Assembly: GCA_023512375.1 (NCBI GenBank)
Contig: JAILZS010000007.1
Location: 894-64,893, forward strand
DNA length: 64,000 nt
From: Bacillota bacterium
GTDB lineage: Bacteria > Bacillota > Sulfobacillia > JAJZYS01 > JAILZS01
Direction: 5' to 3'
Both the position numbers and the translations under genes were made by a program. Below are positions 9,315-18,531 of the stretch, piece after piece. How positions within the stretch are numbered: the first letter of the stretch is position 1; each line of letters begins with the position of its first letter. The notes beneath the pieces are model-generated. The model searched no databases, was not told the origin of the DNA, and saw nothing but the letters and a program-made list of their open reading frames with translations.

Positions 9315-10589
9315 CTAGGCCCCCGCCGTCGAGGCGTGCGCCCCGGTGGCGGGGGCGTCCGCACCCATGAGGAGGCCGAAGGTGGCCATGGCCAGCGCTA
9401 CCGCCGCCATCCAACCCCCCGACACCCACAGCCCTACCTGGACGCTGAGGGCGGCGGCCACGAGCCCCCCCAGGGCGACGCCCACCGCCTGGCTTGCGCC
9501 CATGACCATGGAGTAGACGGCCGACGCCCGCGCCCGCAGGGCGAGGGGGAATTCGAGCCGGTACAGGGCCATGACCGGCGTGAGCCAGGCCGTGTTCGCA
9601 AGGCCGAACACGATGTACAGGCCCAGGTCGACGAGCGGCCAGCGCGACGCCGCGAGCGCCGCCACGCTCAGGCCGGAGAGAAGGAACCCCCCCGCGATGA
9701 GGAGGCGGCGCCGCACCCTGAGGCCGCCGGCGATCGCCCCTCCCAGGGCGGCCATGGCCGCCCCCTGGGCGAGCTCGAACACGCCGAACCACCATACCGG
9801 CGCCCGCAGGAGGTCGTGCGGCACCAGCACCAGGAGGGGGTTGATCATCACCGACCCCACGGTGAACACCGCGACCAGGGCGACGATCTCCCGTCCCAGG
9901 GGAGAGGCGCCCACCGCCCGCATGCCCTCCACCATCGGCCTCCAGATGCCGCCCCGGCCGCCAGCCCCCGCCGCCACCCCGGCCAGGCTGGGCGGCAGGC
10001 GGAGGGCGAAGAGGGCGCTCAGGCCGAGCACCGCCGCATCCGCCAGGAAGGCGATGCGCACCCCGGCCAGCACCACCAGGAAGGCCCCCAGGCCGATGCC
10101 CACTAGGCTTCCCACCTGTTCCAGCGCCTGGGCCAGGCCGCTCGCGCGCATGTGCAGGTCGTCGCCGCGCGCGATCTCCGGCAAAAGCGCCCGGTAGGCC
10201 GGCAGGTAGAACACCTGCGCCGTCCCCATGAGCAGGCTCACGGCCACGTACGCCCACACCTTGGGCGCCGCCACCGCCAAGAGGACGAAGGCGGTGCGGG
10301 CGAGCTGCGACCCGAACATCGTGCGCCGCTTGTCCCAACGCTCCACCAGCACGCCCGCGGGCGGTCCCAGCAGGATGGCCGGCAGGAACGAGGCGAAGAG
10401 GATGGCGCCGGTCACGAGCGGCTCGCCCGCGCCGTGGCGGGCCGCCGCCACCTGCAGGGCCACGGGCGTGAACGAGAAGCCGAACATTTGGCTGGCGCGC
10501 GACGCCATCATGGGCACGTAGCCCGGAAGGCGCCACAGTTCGCGCCAGGACTCCCAGCCGCGGGGCTTGTCTGCGCCCTCGCCCGCCAC
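9315..10589 (-). CDS. MFS transporter (macrolide/H+ antiporter-like)
   Basis: About 12 hydrophobic segments, motif A AGVLVERWDKRR; start uncertain. Confidence 0.85.
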   Translation of the reverse strand: MAGEGADKPRGWESWRELWRLPGYVPMMASRASQMFGFSFTPVALQVAAARHGAGEPLVTGAILFASFLPAILLGPPAGVLVERWDKRRTMFGSQLARTAFVLLAVAAPKVWAYVAVSLLMGTAQVFYLPAYRALLPEIARGDDLHMRASGLAQALEQVGSLVGIGLGAFLVVLAGVRIAFLADAAVLGLSALFALRLPPSLAGVAAGAGGRGGIWRPMVEGMRAVGASPLGREIVALVAVFTVGSVMINPLLVLVPHDLLRAPVWWFGVFELAQGAAMAALGGAIAGGLRVRRRLLIAGGFLLSGLSVAALAASRWPLVDLGLYIVFGLANTAWLTPVMALYRLEFPLALRARASAVYSMVMGASQAVGVALGGLVAAALSVQVGLWVSGGWMAAVALAMATFGLLMGADAPATGAHASTAGA

Positions 10590-10713
10590 CGTTCGCCGCC
10601 CCCTCGCCCGCCGCCGTGGGTCGTGCCTGCTAGCTTGCCACAATCTGGTCCCGCTACCAAGGTGGGCCGGCCGCGGCCAGGTACAATGGGGAAGCCGGTG
10701 CGGGGGGGAGGTC

Positions 10714-12873
10714 ATGGGGGCCATGGACAACCTGGGCGGCAGGCGGCGCGTCCGACGCCGCATCGTCTTCCTGGTGAGCGCTTTCGCCCTCGCCCTCGCC
10801 CTGCTCGTGGGCCGCCTGGGGGAGCTGGCGCTGTGGGCCGGCCCCGGCCTTAGGGCCTACGCCGTGTCCGAGCGCACGCGCACCGTCGCCCTCCCCGCCC
10901 TGAGGGGCGAGATCCTCGACGCCGAGGGCCACGTCCTCGCCGGCAACATCGTGGTGGACGACGTGAGCGTCGCCCCCCGCTACCTCACGGCCACCGACGT
11001 CCGCGCCCTCGCCCGCGCCCTGGGCGTAACGCCTGCGGCGGTGCGGGCGCGCATGCGCCTCGGGTCCCCCCTCTACGCCATGGTGGCGCAAGGCGTGTCC
11101 TCCGCCGTGGGCGACCGGGTGAGCGCCCTCAACCTGCCCGATGTGGTGGTGACGCCGCGCGGCACCCGCACCTACCCCAACGGCGACCTCCTGGGTCCGG
11201 TCCTGGGGTTCGTCGGCGTCGACGGCCAGGGCCTCGCCGGCCTGGAGTACGAGGACAACCGCCTGTTGGCCGGCGTGCCGGGCGAGGTGACCGAACAGGT
11301 GGACGCGGGCGGCAACCCCATCCCCTCCCTCACCCACGTCGACCGCCCCCCCCGTCCGGGCGACACCTTGCGCCTCACCATCGACCGCACGCTTACCCTC
11401 TTCGCCCAACAGGTGCTCGACGCCGGCGTGCGCAAGGCGCACGCCACCGACGGCCGCATCCTGGTCATGGATCCGGCCACCGGCGCCATCCTGGCCATGG
11501 CCCAGTACCCCTCCGGCAACCCCAACGACCCCGGCGTGGGGCCGACCCGCGCCTGGGACGACTCCATCGTCCAGAACGTCTATCCCCCGGGCTCCACCTT
11601 CAAGCCCGTGACCGCGGCCGGCGCCCTGCGCGACGGCGTCATCACCCCCCAGACCACCTGGTACGACCCCGGCTACAAGGTGATCGACGGCGTCCTGTTG
11701 CACGGCTGGGAGTACCCGCGCGCCTTCGGGCGCGTCACCCTCACGCGCGCCTTTGAGGTCTCCTCCGACATCGCCTTCATCGACATCGGCCTCGCCATGG
11801 GCACCCGGCGCTTCTACCAGAACCTGCGCCTGTTCGGCCTCATGCAGCCGCCCCCCGTCGACCTGCCGGGGGCGGCGGCCCCCCTCGTCCTGCCCGAGCG
11901 CCTCGTCCGCCCCATCGACCTGGCGGACGAGGCCTTCGGCCAGACCAACGCCATGTCCGCTCTGCAGCTGGCGATGGTGGACAGCGCCGTGGCCAACGGG
12001 GGGCTGCTCGTGCGGCCGCACGTGGTGGCGGCCGTGTACGGGCCCGACGGCCGGCCGGTACGCACCTACGGCACCGATGTCATCCGGCGCGTCATGCCGC
12101 CCTGGGTGGCGGCGGTGATCACGCGCGGCATGGAGGCGGTCATCAGCCCCCAGGGCACCGGTGCCGCCGCCGCCGTCCCCGGCTACGTGCTGGCGGGCAA
12201 GACGGGCACCGCCCAGCTGGCCGTGGGGGGACGCGTGGGCAACACGTACATGTCCTCGTTCATCGGCTTCGGCCCCCTCCCCAACCCGCGGGTCCTCATC
12301 CTCGTGCAGCTCAACCGGCCCAAGGGTGCCTTCTACGGCGGACAGATCGCCGCCCCCCTGTTCGGCCAGCTCATGGGGGAGACGCTGCGCTACCTGGGCA
12401 TCCCCCCCACCCAGCCCCTGCCGCGCCGCGGCGTTCGCACCGTGCCCCGCGTGGTCGGCCTGACGCCGGCGGCCGCCGCCCGGGCGGTGACGGGCGCAGG
12501 TCTGGTGCCCCTCCCCCTCGGGGCCGGTCCCGATGTGGTGGCCACCGAGCCCGGCGCCGGCACGCAGGTGGTGCGCGGCGGCACCGTCACCCTCCTCCTG
12601 GGTCGGCCCGGCGGGCGGGCGCCGGGGGGCGTACCCGACGTCGTGGGCCTCCCGCTGCGCAAGGCCGCCATCCTTTTGGCCCAGCGCGGCCTTCGGCTCC
12701 TCCCGGCCGGGAGCGGCCTCGCCGTCTCCCAGACGCCGGCCGCCGGCAGCCCCGCCGTCCCCGGAGCGGCGGTGCGGGTGGTCTTCCGACTGCCGTCCGC
12801 CCCACCCCCGCCCCCCCCGCGCGTCGTCCCCGGGCGGGCCGCCGGCGGGGCAAGGCGAGGGGGCGGGGCATGA
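10714..12873 (+). CDS. Class B penicillin-binding protein (SpoVD/FtsI-like) with two PASTA domains
   Basis: N-terminal TM, RGEILD, PGSTFK (SxxK), SSD at the SxN position, GKTGTAQ, C-terminal VPRVVG/VPDVVG PASTA repeats; RBS GGAGG. Confidence 0.9.
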   Translation: MGAMDNLGGRRRVRRRIVFLVSAFALALALLVGRLGELALWAGPGLRAYAVSERTRTVALPALRGEILDAEGHVLAGNIVVDDVSVAPRYLTATDVRALARALGVTPAAVRARMRLGSPLYAMVAQGVSSAVGDRVSALNLPDVVVTPRGTRTYPNGDLLGPVLGFVGVDGQGLAGLEYEDNRLLAGVPGEVTEQVDAGGNPIPSLTHVDRPPRPGDTLRLTIDRTLTLFAQQVLDAGVRKAHATDGRILVMDPATGAILAMAQYPSGNPNDPGVGPTRAWDDSIVQNVYPPGSTFKPVTAAGALRDGVITPQTTWYDPGYKVIDGVLLHGWEYPRAFGRVTLTRAFEVSSDIAFIDIGLAMGTRRFYQNLRLFGLMQPPPVDLPGAAAPLVLPERLVRPIDLADEAFGQTNAMSALQLAMVDSAVANGGLLVRPHVVAAVYGPDGRPVRTYGTDVIRRVMPPWVAAVITRGMEAVISPQGTGAAAAVPGYVLAGKTGTAQLAVGGRVGNTYMSSFIGFGPLPNPRVLILVQLNRPKGAFYGGQIAAPLFGQLMGETLRYLGIPPTQPLPRRGVRTVPRVVGLTPAAAARAVTGAGLVPLPLGAGPDVVATEPGAGTQVVRGGTVTLLLGRPGGRAPGGVPDVVGLPLRKAAILLAQRGLRLLPAGSGLAVSQTPAAGSPAVPGAAVRVVFRLPSAPPPPPPRVVPGRAAGGARRGGGA

Positions 12874-13078
12874 GCACCCTGGGTGCGGCCACCGTCGTCC
12901 TCCTCCTCCTCACCGTGGTCCTCCTGGCCGCCGTCCTCGCCCGCCTGCGCGCCCTCGAGGCGGAGGTGGGCAGGGCGTCCGGCGTCGGCGCCGCACCCCG
13001 GGCCGTGCCCCCGCCCCTCCCCGTCGCCGGGGCGGGGGGCGGGACGGGAGCGAGGGCGGGGAGAACCGGGCCCGGTAG
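12870..13078 (+). CDS. Small single-TM protein coupled to the PBP (end uncertain; as sequenced it reads through into the PilZ ORF)
   Basis: ATGA overlap with the PBP stop; hydrophobic AATVVLLLLTVVLLAAVLA; one extra G in the G6 run at 13034-13039 would end it at TAG 13076-13078. Confidence 0.45.
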
Positions 13079-13271
13079 CGCCGTGCGGCAGGAACGGCGG
13101 CTCGCGCCGCCAATTCGTCCAGCGGCTACCGCCCGCATCCGCCGTACGTTCGCCCGCACACCGCCGCCGGCCCGCGCCCGGACGCCCGGCGCCCTCGGTC
13201 CCCGCCCCCCGCCACCGGCACCCGCGCCCCGGGCGGCGCGGGCGCCTCCGCCGCCCCATGGGGGGTTCAGC

Positions 13272-13958
13272 ATGCAGACCGAGACGGTCCGCTACGACGA
13301 CCTCAAGGCCACCGGGCGCTTGCGCCCGGGCACCCCCGTACGCGTCACCGCGGCCGAGCCGGGGCCCATCGCCGCCCCCCTGGAGGGAGACGACCAGCTC
13401 GTGGCCAACGGCGAGGTGGTGGCGGCCATGGCGCGCGAGCTGGCGCTTCGGGTGTGGGAGCACGTGCCGGGCACGACGGCCGGACGGGTGGCCATGCTGA
13501 GAGTGCAGGTGGAGCACGACGCCGCCCTCTACCTGGCCGACGTGGGCCCCGTGGAGACCCCCTCGCCGGGGGAGACGTTCTGGGCCGCCGTCCCCTTCGA
13601 GTGGACGCGCCTCAACCGGCGCGGCGCCTACCGCCTCAACGTCGACCTGCCGGTGCTCATCCACATCCCCGGCTCGGCCCACCCCGTCCTGCGCCGCATG
13701 CTCGACCTGTCCGCCACCGGCTGCCGGGTGGAGGCGGTGAACGCCCGCCCGGATGAGGTCGTGCAACTTCGCTTCGGCCTCATGCCCGTGGCGCGGGAGA
13801 TCATCGCCGCCGCCCGGGTCGTGCGCTCGGGGAAGAAGGGGGGCACGGAGTGGACGGCGATGGAGTTCGTCGACCTCGCCGGCGCCGACCGCGACCGCAT
13901 CGTACGCTACATGTTCGAGGAGCAGACCCGCCTTCTCGCCCAGCGCCTGCGGCGCTGA
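13272..13958 (+). CDS. PilZ-domain c-di-GMP receptor (YcgR/flagellar-brake-like)
   Basis: RRGAYR (RxxxR) and DLSATG (DxSxxG) motifs; C-terminal FVDL...DRDRIVRYMF. Confidence 0.8.
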   Translation: MQTETVRYDDLKATGRLRPGTPVRVTAAEPGPIAAPLEGDDQLVANGEVVAAMARELALRVWEHVPGTTAGRVAMLRVQVEHDAALYLADVGPVETPSPGETFWAAVPFEWTRLNRRGAYRLNVDLPVLIHIPGSAHPVLRRMLDLSATGCRVEAVNARPDEVVQLRFGLMPVAREIIAAARVVRSGKKGGTEWTAMEFVDLAGADRDRIVRYMFEEQTRLLAQRLRR

Positions 13959-14198
13959 GCCGACGCCCGGCAGCCCGGCGACCGGGCGATCGCCAACCGG
14001 TCGGCCGTTGGAAGTTGCCCCTTGAACTTCGCCCGCGCCCACTCCTGCGCGCCCGCCGCCCGTGCCCCGCGACCACGTCCGCCGCGGGCGCTTTGGCGCG
14101 CCTGACAACCCTCCTCCCGTCCCCCTAAGCTGGCGGCGCGTCCTCCGCCCGAGGAGGGCGGACGACCGCCGAAACCGCTGGAGGAGGTAGGAAAGGCG

Positions 14199-15313
14199 GT
14201 GCCCGACGTCGCCACGTCCCACGCCCGTCCTTCGGCCTGGGCGGCTGCCGCGGTGGCGTTTGCCGCGGCGTTGGCTTGGGCCATCGGGCTTCTGCCCGCC
14301 ACGGCGGCAGGGCGCCCCGCCCCCTCCCGCGCAGCAGGGGCGGCCTACCGGGCCGTCCTGCCCCCGCACGCGTTCCTCGCCTTCGGCTCGGGCTTTGCGG
14401 GCAGCGCCTCCGCCGCGTCGTTCGCCGCCCATGCGCCGGAGGTGACGGCCTTCGCCCCCTGGGGCTTCGCCCTTCTGGCCGACGGGCGGGCGGTGGAGCG
14501 CGGGGGCGGGTCGGTAGGCGCCCTGGTGCGGTCCGCCCACCGGGACGGGCGGGCCGTCATCCCCCTGTTCACCAACGCCTTCATGAACGACGCGGTCCTG
14601 CTCGACCCGGCCGTGCGCGCCGCGGCCATCGCCAACCTCGTGCGGATCGTCCGCACCGACGGCCTGGACGGGGTGAACGTCGACTTCGAGGGCCTCGCGC
14701 CCGTCGACCGGGCGCCGCTCGTGGCGTTCGTGGCCGCCGTCGCCTCCCGCCTGCACCCCATGGGGCGCATCGTCACCGTGTCCGTGGGACCCGAGTGGGC
14801 GGGCGAGACCCCGGCCGACCGCGTGTACGACTACCGCGCCCTAGGGCGGGTAGCAGACGGCATCGTCCTCATGACGTACGACGAGCATTGCAACCCCGGC
14901 GCCCCCGGACCCATCTCCGGCCTCGGGTGGGTGGAGCGCGTCGTGCGCTACGCCGTCTCCCGCATCCCCGCCCCTAGGCTCTACCTGGGGCTCGCCGACT
15001 ACGGCTACGACTGGTACGGCATGAGCGCCCCCACCGTCACGGCCTCCCAGGCCCTCGCCCTGGCCCGCGCCGCCGGCGTGCCCGTGCGCTGGGACCCGGT
15101 CGCCCAGGAGCCGCACTTCTCCTTCCAGGCCGGCGGCGTGCGCCACGTCGTCTGGTTCGAGGACGGCGCCTCCGAGGCGGTGCGCGTCGCCCTCGCCCGG
15201 CGCTGGGGGCTGGGGGGGTGGCGCTGTGGCAACTGGGCGGCGAGGCGCCGGGCACGTGGACGGTCATCCGTGCCTACGCGCCGGCCGCGCCCGCGCCCTG
15301 GGCCCTGCGCTGA
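14199..15313 (+). CDS. Secreted GH18 hydrolase (YaaH/SleL-like), frameshifted at a G7 run (15212-15218)
   Basis: Signal peptide, DGVNVDFE catalytic motif, LMTYDEH, YGYDW, VWFED; C-terminal [13 protein letters not shown] is restored by one added G; stop TGA 15311-15313. Confidence 0.85.
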
Positions 15314-15393
15314 GCGGTGCCGCCCGGCCGCCGGCAGGGCGCGGGGCGGCCGGCGCGAACCACCTCCCGGCGCCCGCCACCGGGCGCCGGGAG

Positions 15394-15915
15394 GTGGCTT
15401 CCCTGCATCGCGTGCACCTGGAGGCGGTCCGCGCCGACATCACCACCCTGGCCGTGGACGCGGTGGTGAACGCGGCCAACTCCGCCCTCGCGGGGGGCGG
15501 CGGGGTGGACGGGGCCATCCACCGCGCCGCCGGGGCCGAGGACTTGGCCCGCGCCTGCCGGGCGCTTGGCGGGTGTGCTGTGGGCGACGCCAAGGCGACG
15601 CCGGGCTTCCGCCTGCCGGCGCGGTGGATCATCCACACCGTCGGCCCGGTGTGGCGAGGGGGCGGGCACGGGGAGGACGAGCTTCTCGCCTCCTGCTACC
15701 GCCGCAGCCTGGAGGTGGCGGACGAGCTGGGGTGCGAAAGCGTCGCCTTCCCGGCCATCTCCACCGGCGCCTACGGCTTTCCCCCCGAGCGGGCGGCGCG
15801 CATCGCCGTGGCCGCCGTCCGCTCCGCCCCCACCCGCGTCGGCCGCGTCCTCCTGGTGGCGTTCGACCTCGAGACCGAGCGCCTCTACCGCCGTCTCTTG
15901 TCCGACGGCGGGTAG
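15394..15915 (+). CDS. Macro-domain O-acetyl-ADP-ribose deacetylase
   Basis: [48 protein letters not shown]; exact start uncertain (15394-15412). Confidence 0.92.
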   Translation: MASLHRVHLEAVRADITTLAVDAVVNAANSALAGGGGVDGAIHRAAGAEDLARACRALGGCAVGDAKATPGFRLPARWIIHTVGPVWRGGGHGEDELLASCYRRSLEVADELGCESVAFPAISTGAYGFPPERAARIAVAAVRSAPTRVGRVLLVAFDLETERLYRRLLSDGG

Positions 15916-16310
15916 GTCGAAGGCGCGCATGCAGTGCTGCAGACTCCGCCACCCCCGGCCGCCGCGCACGGCTGAGGCCCCGCCGTCTCGGACCATCGCC
16001 ATCGCCAGGTGGCACCGCCGACGGGTGGGCGCTCGCCGCCACCCATCGCCGTGCAAATCCCGTCATCCACCCGGCCCACAGGGTTCTGCCGCCGTGGCGG
16101 GCATCATCCGTACGGCGCCTCTCGACTGACGGACGGCGCAGCGGCGGGATGGAACAGGAGCTTCGCCCCGCCAGCGGGCGGGGAAGTCCCCGCACGGTCG
16201 TCCTTGCGCCGCGCAACCGGCGTTGTCCCCCACGGATCGCCCCAGTCCGGACGGGGGGTGCGTGTCAGAGAGGGAGCGAAGGGCGACGCAGCCGGCGCCC
16301 CAAAGCCTTC

Positions 16311-16964
16311 CTACCACTCCTCCTCGTCCCGGGAACTCGCGTCGCGTAGGACACCCGCGATCTGACTGCGGCGCGACAACCCGAGTTTGTCCAGAACCTC
16401 GCTCACGTGGTGCTTCACGGTCTTCTCCGACAGGTGGAGCCGTTCGGCGATCTCGCGGTTCGACAGCCCGTCCGCCACCGCCTCCGCCACCTCCCACTCG
16501 CGCGGCGTCAGGCCCCGGCGCGCGGGCGGGCGCCTGTGTTCGGTTCCCCCCGTTTGGACAAGCCGCACGAGAACGTCCGCGACCTGGTCGCGGAGGAGGG
16601 AGCGCCCTGCCGCCAAGGCGCGCACCGCTTCCACCAGGGCCGCGGAGTCCGTGGTCTTCGTGAGGAAGCCGTCCACCCCCGCGCGCACGCTTGCCAACAC
16701 CGCCCGGTCCTCGCCGTACGACGTGAGCACGAGAATCCGCGTGTTGGGCGAGACGGCGCGGATCTCCTCCACGGCAGCCGTACCCGGGCGGTCGGGCAGG
16801 CGCAGGTCGAGGACGAGGACGTCGGGGTGGTAGCGAGCGGCCGCCTCCACCGCTGCCGCCGCCGTGCCGACCATCGCCACCACGTCGATCCCCGGCTCGT
16901 CCCGGAGCACCGCCGCCAGACCCACGCGCACCACCTCATGGTCGTCGACGATCACGACCCGCAT
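16311..16964 (-). CDS. NarL/DosR-family response regulator
   Basis: VVIVDDH, LDLRLPD, LTS, C-terminal LuxR HTH LTPRE...GLSNREIA...SEKTVKHHVS. Confidence 0.93.
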   Translation of the reverse strand: MRVVIVDDHEVVRVGLAAVLRDEPGIDVVAMVGTAAAAVEAAARYHPDVLVLDLRLPDRPGTAAVEEIRAVSPNTRILVLTSYGEDRAVLASVRAGVDGFLTKTTDSAALVEAVRALAAGRSLLRDQVADVLVRLVQTGGTEHRRPPARRGLTPREWEVAEAVADGLSNREIAERLHLSEKTVKHHVSEVLDKLGLSRRSQIAGVLRDASSRDEEEW

Positions 16965-16996
16965 GGCACCCCTCCCCCTTGCCCGCTCGAGGTCGA

Positions 16997-18451
16997 TCAA
17001 GCGGGAGGCGCCTGCAACGTGGCGACCTGCCCCAAGGCGGCGCACACGCCGTGCGGCAGGCGTAGCCGCCAGACCAGTCCGCCGCGGGCGCCCGCCTCGA
17101 TCGCGAACGAGCCCCCCAGGGACTCGATGCGTTGGCGTACGTGGCGGATCCCGTGGCCTTCGCACAAGCCCTGCCGGGGAGGCCCCGTGCCGTTATCCGT
17201 CACCCGCACCCCCACCTCGCCACCGTTCGTCCGCCGCCAGGCCACCCACACCTGGGTGGCCTTCCCATGCCGGGCGGCGTTCGCCACCGCTTCGCTCAGG
17301 CAGGCACCGAGTTCGACCGCGCACGCCGGCGTAAGGCCTAGCGCCACGGCGCCGCCTCGCCAGCGGAGCTGTACGCCGTACATGCGCGCCGTGGCGCGTA
17401 CGGTGGCATGGAGGTCGAGCGCCGGCGGGCGGCCGGCGTCGGCGTCGAGCAGGCCTCGGATCGTGGTCATGGCGCGCTCGATGGCATCCATGGCCAAGTC
17501 GAGGCTCATCGCGTCGCTGAGTTGGTGGAGCCCCCGCCGCCGGGCACGGTCGAGCTGGATGCCCACCGCATACAGGGACTGAAGGGCGCTGTCGTGCAGC
17601 TCCATGGCGATACGCCGCCGTTCCGCCTCCCGCGCCCGCTCGGCGGCGCTCCTCTCCAACCGCCCGCGGTGGATCGCCACCGCGGCCTCTAACGCGAACA
17701 TCTCCAACAGACGCTCCTCGTCGGCGGTGAACGGAGCCCCGTCGCCATGCTCGCCCAGGTAGAGGTGGCCGAGAAGCTGGCCCTGCCAGCGCACGGGCAC
17801 GCCGAGGAAGGTGCGAACGTCGGGATGCCCGGCGGGAAAGCCGGTGAAGTCGGGTTCCGACGGCACGTCGCCCAGCCGTACGGGCTCGTTGCCCATCAGG
17901 CGGCGAAGGAGGCCGCGATGGGCGGGCGGGCTGCCCACACGCTGCGCCTGTTCGGGCGACATGCCATAGGTGACGAACTCGACCACCCGTCCGTCCTCGC
18001 CGATCTCCGCCAGGGCTCCGTACCGCGCCTGCGCCAACTCGGCCGCCAGGGCGACGATGCGGGAGAGCACCTGGGGGTAGGCCTCCTCCCGCGCGATGGC
18101 GACGGAAGCCTCGTGCAAGGCCTCCAGCTGCCGCCTGCCTCTCTGTGCCTGCTCGTACAGCGTTGCCAGCTCTCGCCGCCGCTCTTCCAGCCTACGCTGC
18201 AAGCGCTCGAGCTGATCGAAGGTGACCCACACCAGGACGCCGATCACCGCCACCTCGGCGAACACCATGTAGCGCTCGACCACTTCTTCCACGCTCGTGC
18301 CGGTGCGCAGCCACGGCTCGATCACAAGGTCGAACCCGAACTCGGCGACGGCGAGGGCAGCCACGATCCACCACTTCAGCCGCCGCGTCTGGTCGGGGCG
18401 CGGGATCGTCTCCATTGCCTGGGCCGGCATCTCCGCTCCCTGGCCCGACAT
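16997..18451 (-). CDS. Membrane GAF-domain sensor histidine kinase (HisKA_3, DosS-like)
   Basis: 2 TM segments; GAF with ARYGAL...GFPAGHPDVRTFLGVPV...FTADE; H-box ELHDSALQSLY; EAVANAARH; DNGTG. Confidence 0.9.
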   Translation of the reverse strand: MSGQGAEMPAQAMETIPRPDQTRRLKWWIVAALAVAEFGFDLVIEPWLRTGTSVEEVVERYMVFAEVAVIGVLVWVTFDQLERLQRRLEERRRELATLYEQAQRGRRQLEALHEASVAIAREEAYPQVLSRIVALAAELAQARYGALAEIGEDGRVVEFVTYGMSPEQAQRVGSPPAHRGLLRRLMGNEPVRLGDVPSEPDFTGFPAGHPDVRTFLGVPVRWQGQLLGHLYLGEHGDGAPFTADEERLLEMFALEAAVAIHRGRLERSAAERAREAERRRIAMELHDSALQSLYAVGIQLDRARRRGLHQLSDAMSLDLAMDAIERAMTTIRGLLDADAGRPPALDLHATVRATARMYGVQLRWRGGAVALGLTPACAVELGACLSEAVANAARHGKATQVWVAWRRTNGGEVGVRVTDNGTGPPRQGLCEGHGIRHVRQRIESLGGSFAIEAGARGGLVWRLRLPHGVCAALGQVATLQAPPA

Positions 18452-18531
18452 GCCCATCACCTCGCTCCCAGGCCGCACGATTCCCCGCAGGCGAGCGGTT
18501 CCATGGTGAGTGCCCGGCTCCTGCCGGCCGC

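Noticed and set aside
14102..14200. Possible riboswitch in the GH18 leader (CTGACA-N18-TAAGCT promoter-like pair; ACCGCC/GGCGGT stem over the RBS)
   Set aside because: No c-di-AMP or c-di-GMP aptamer consensus recognised; short GC stems are expected by chance
15916..16310. Gap between the convergent macro-domain and regulator genes
   Set aside because: No convincing ORF, tRNA, att site or repeat
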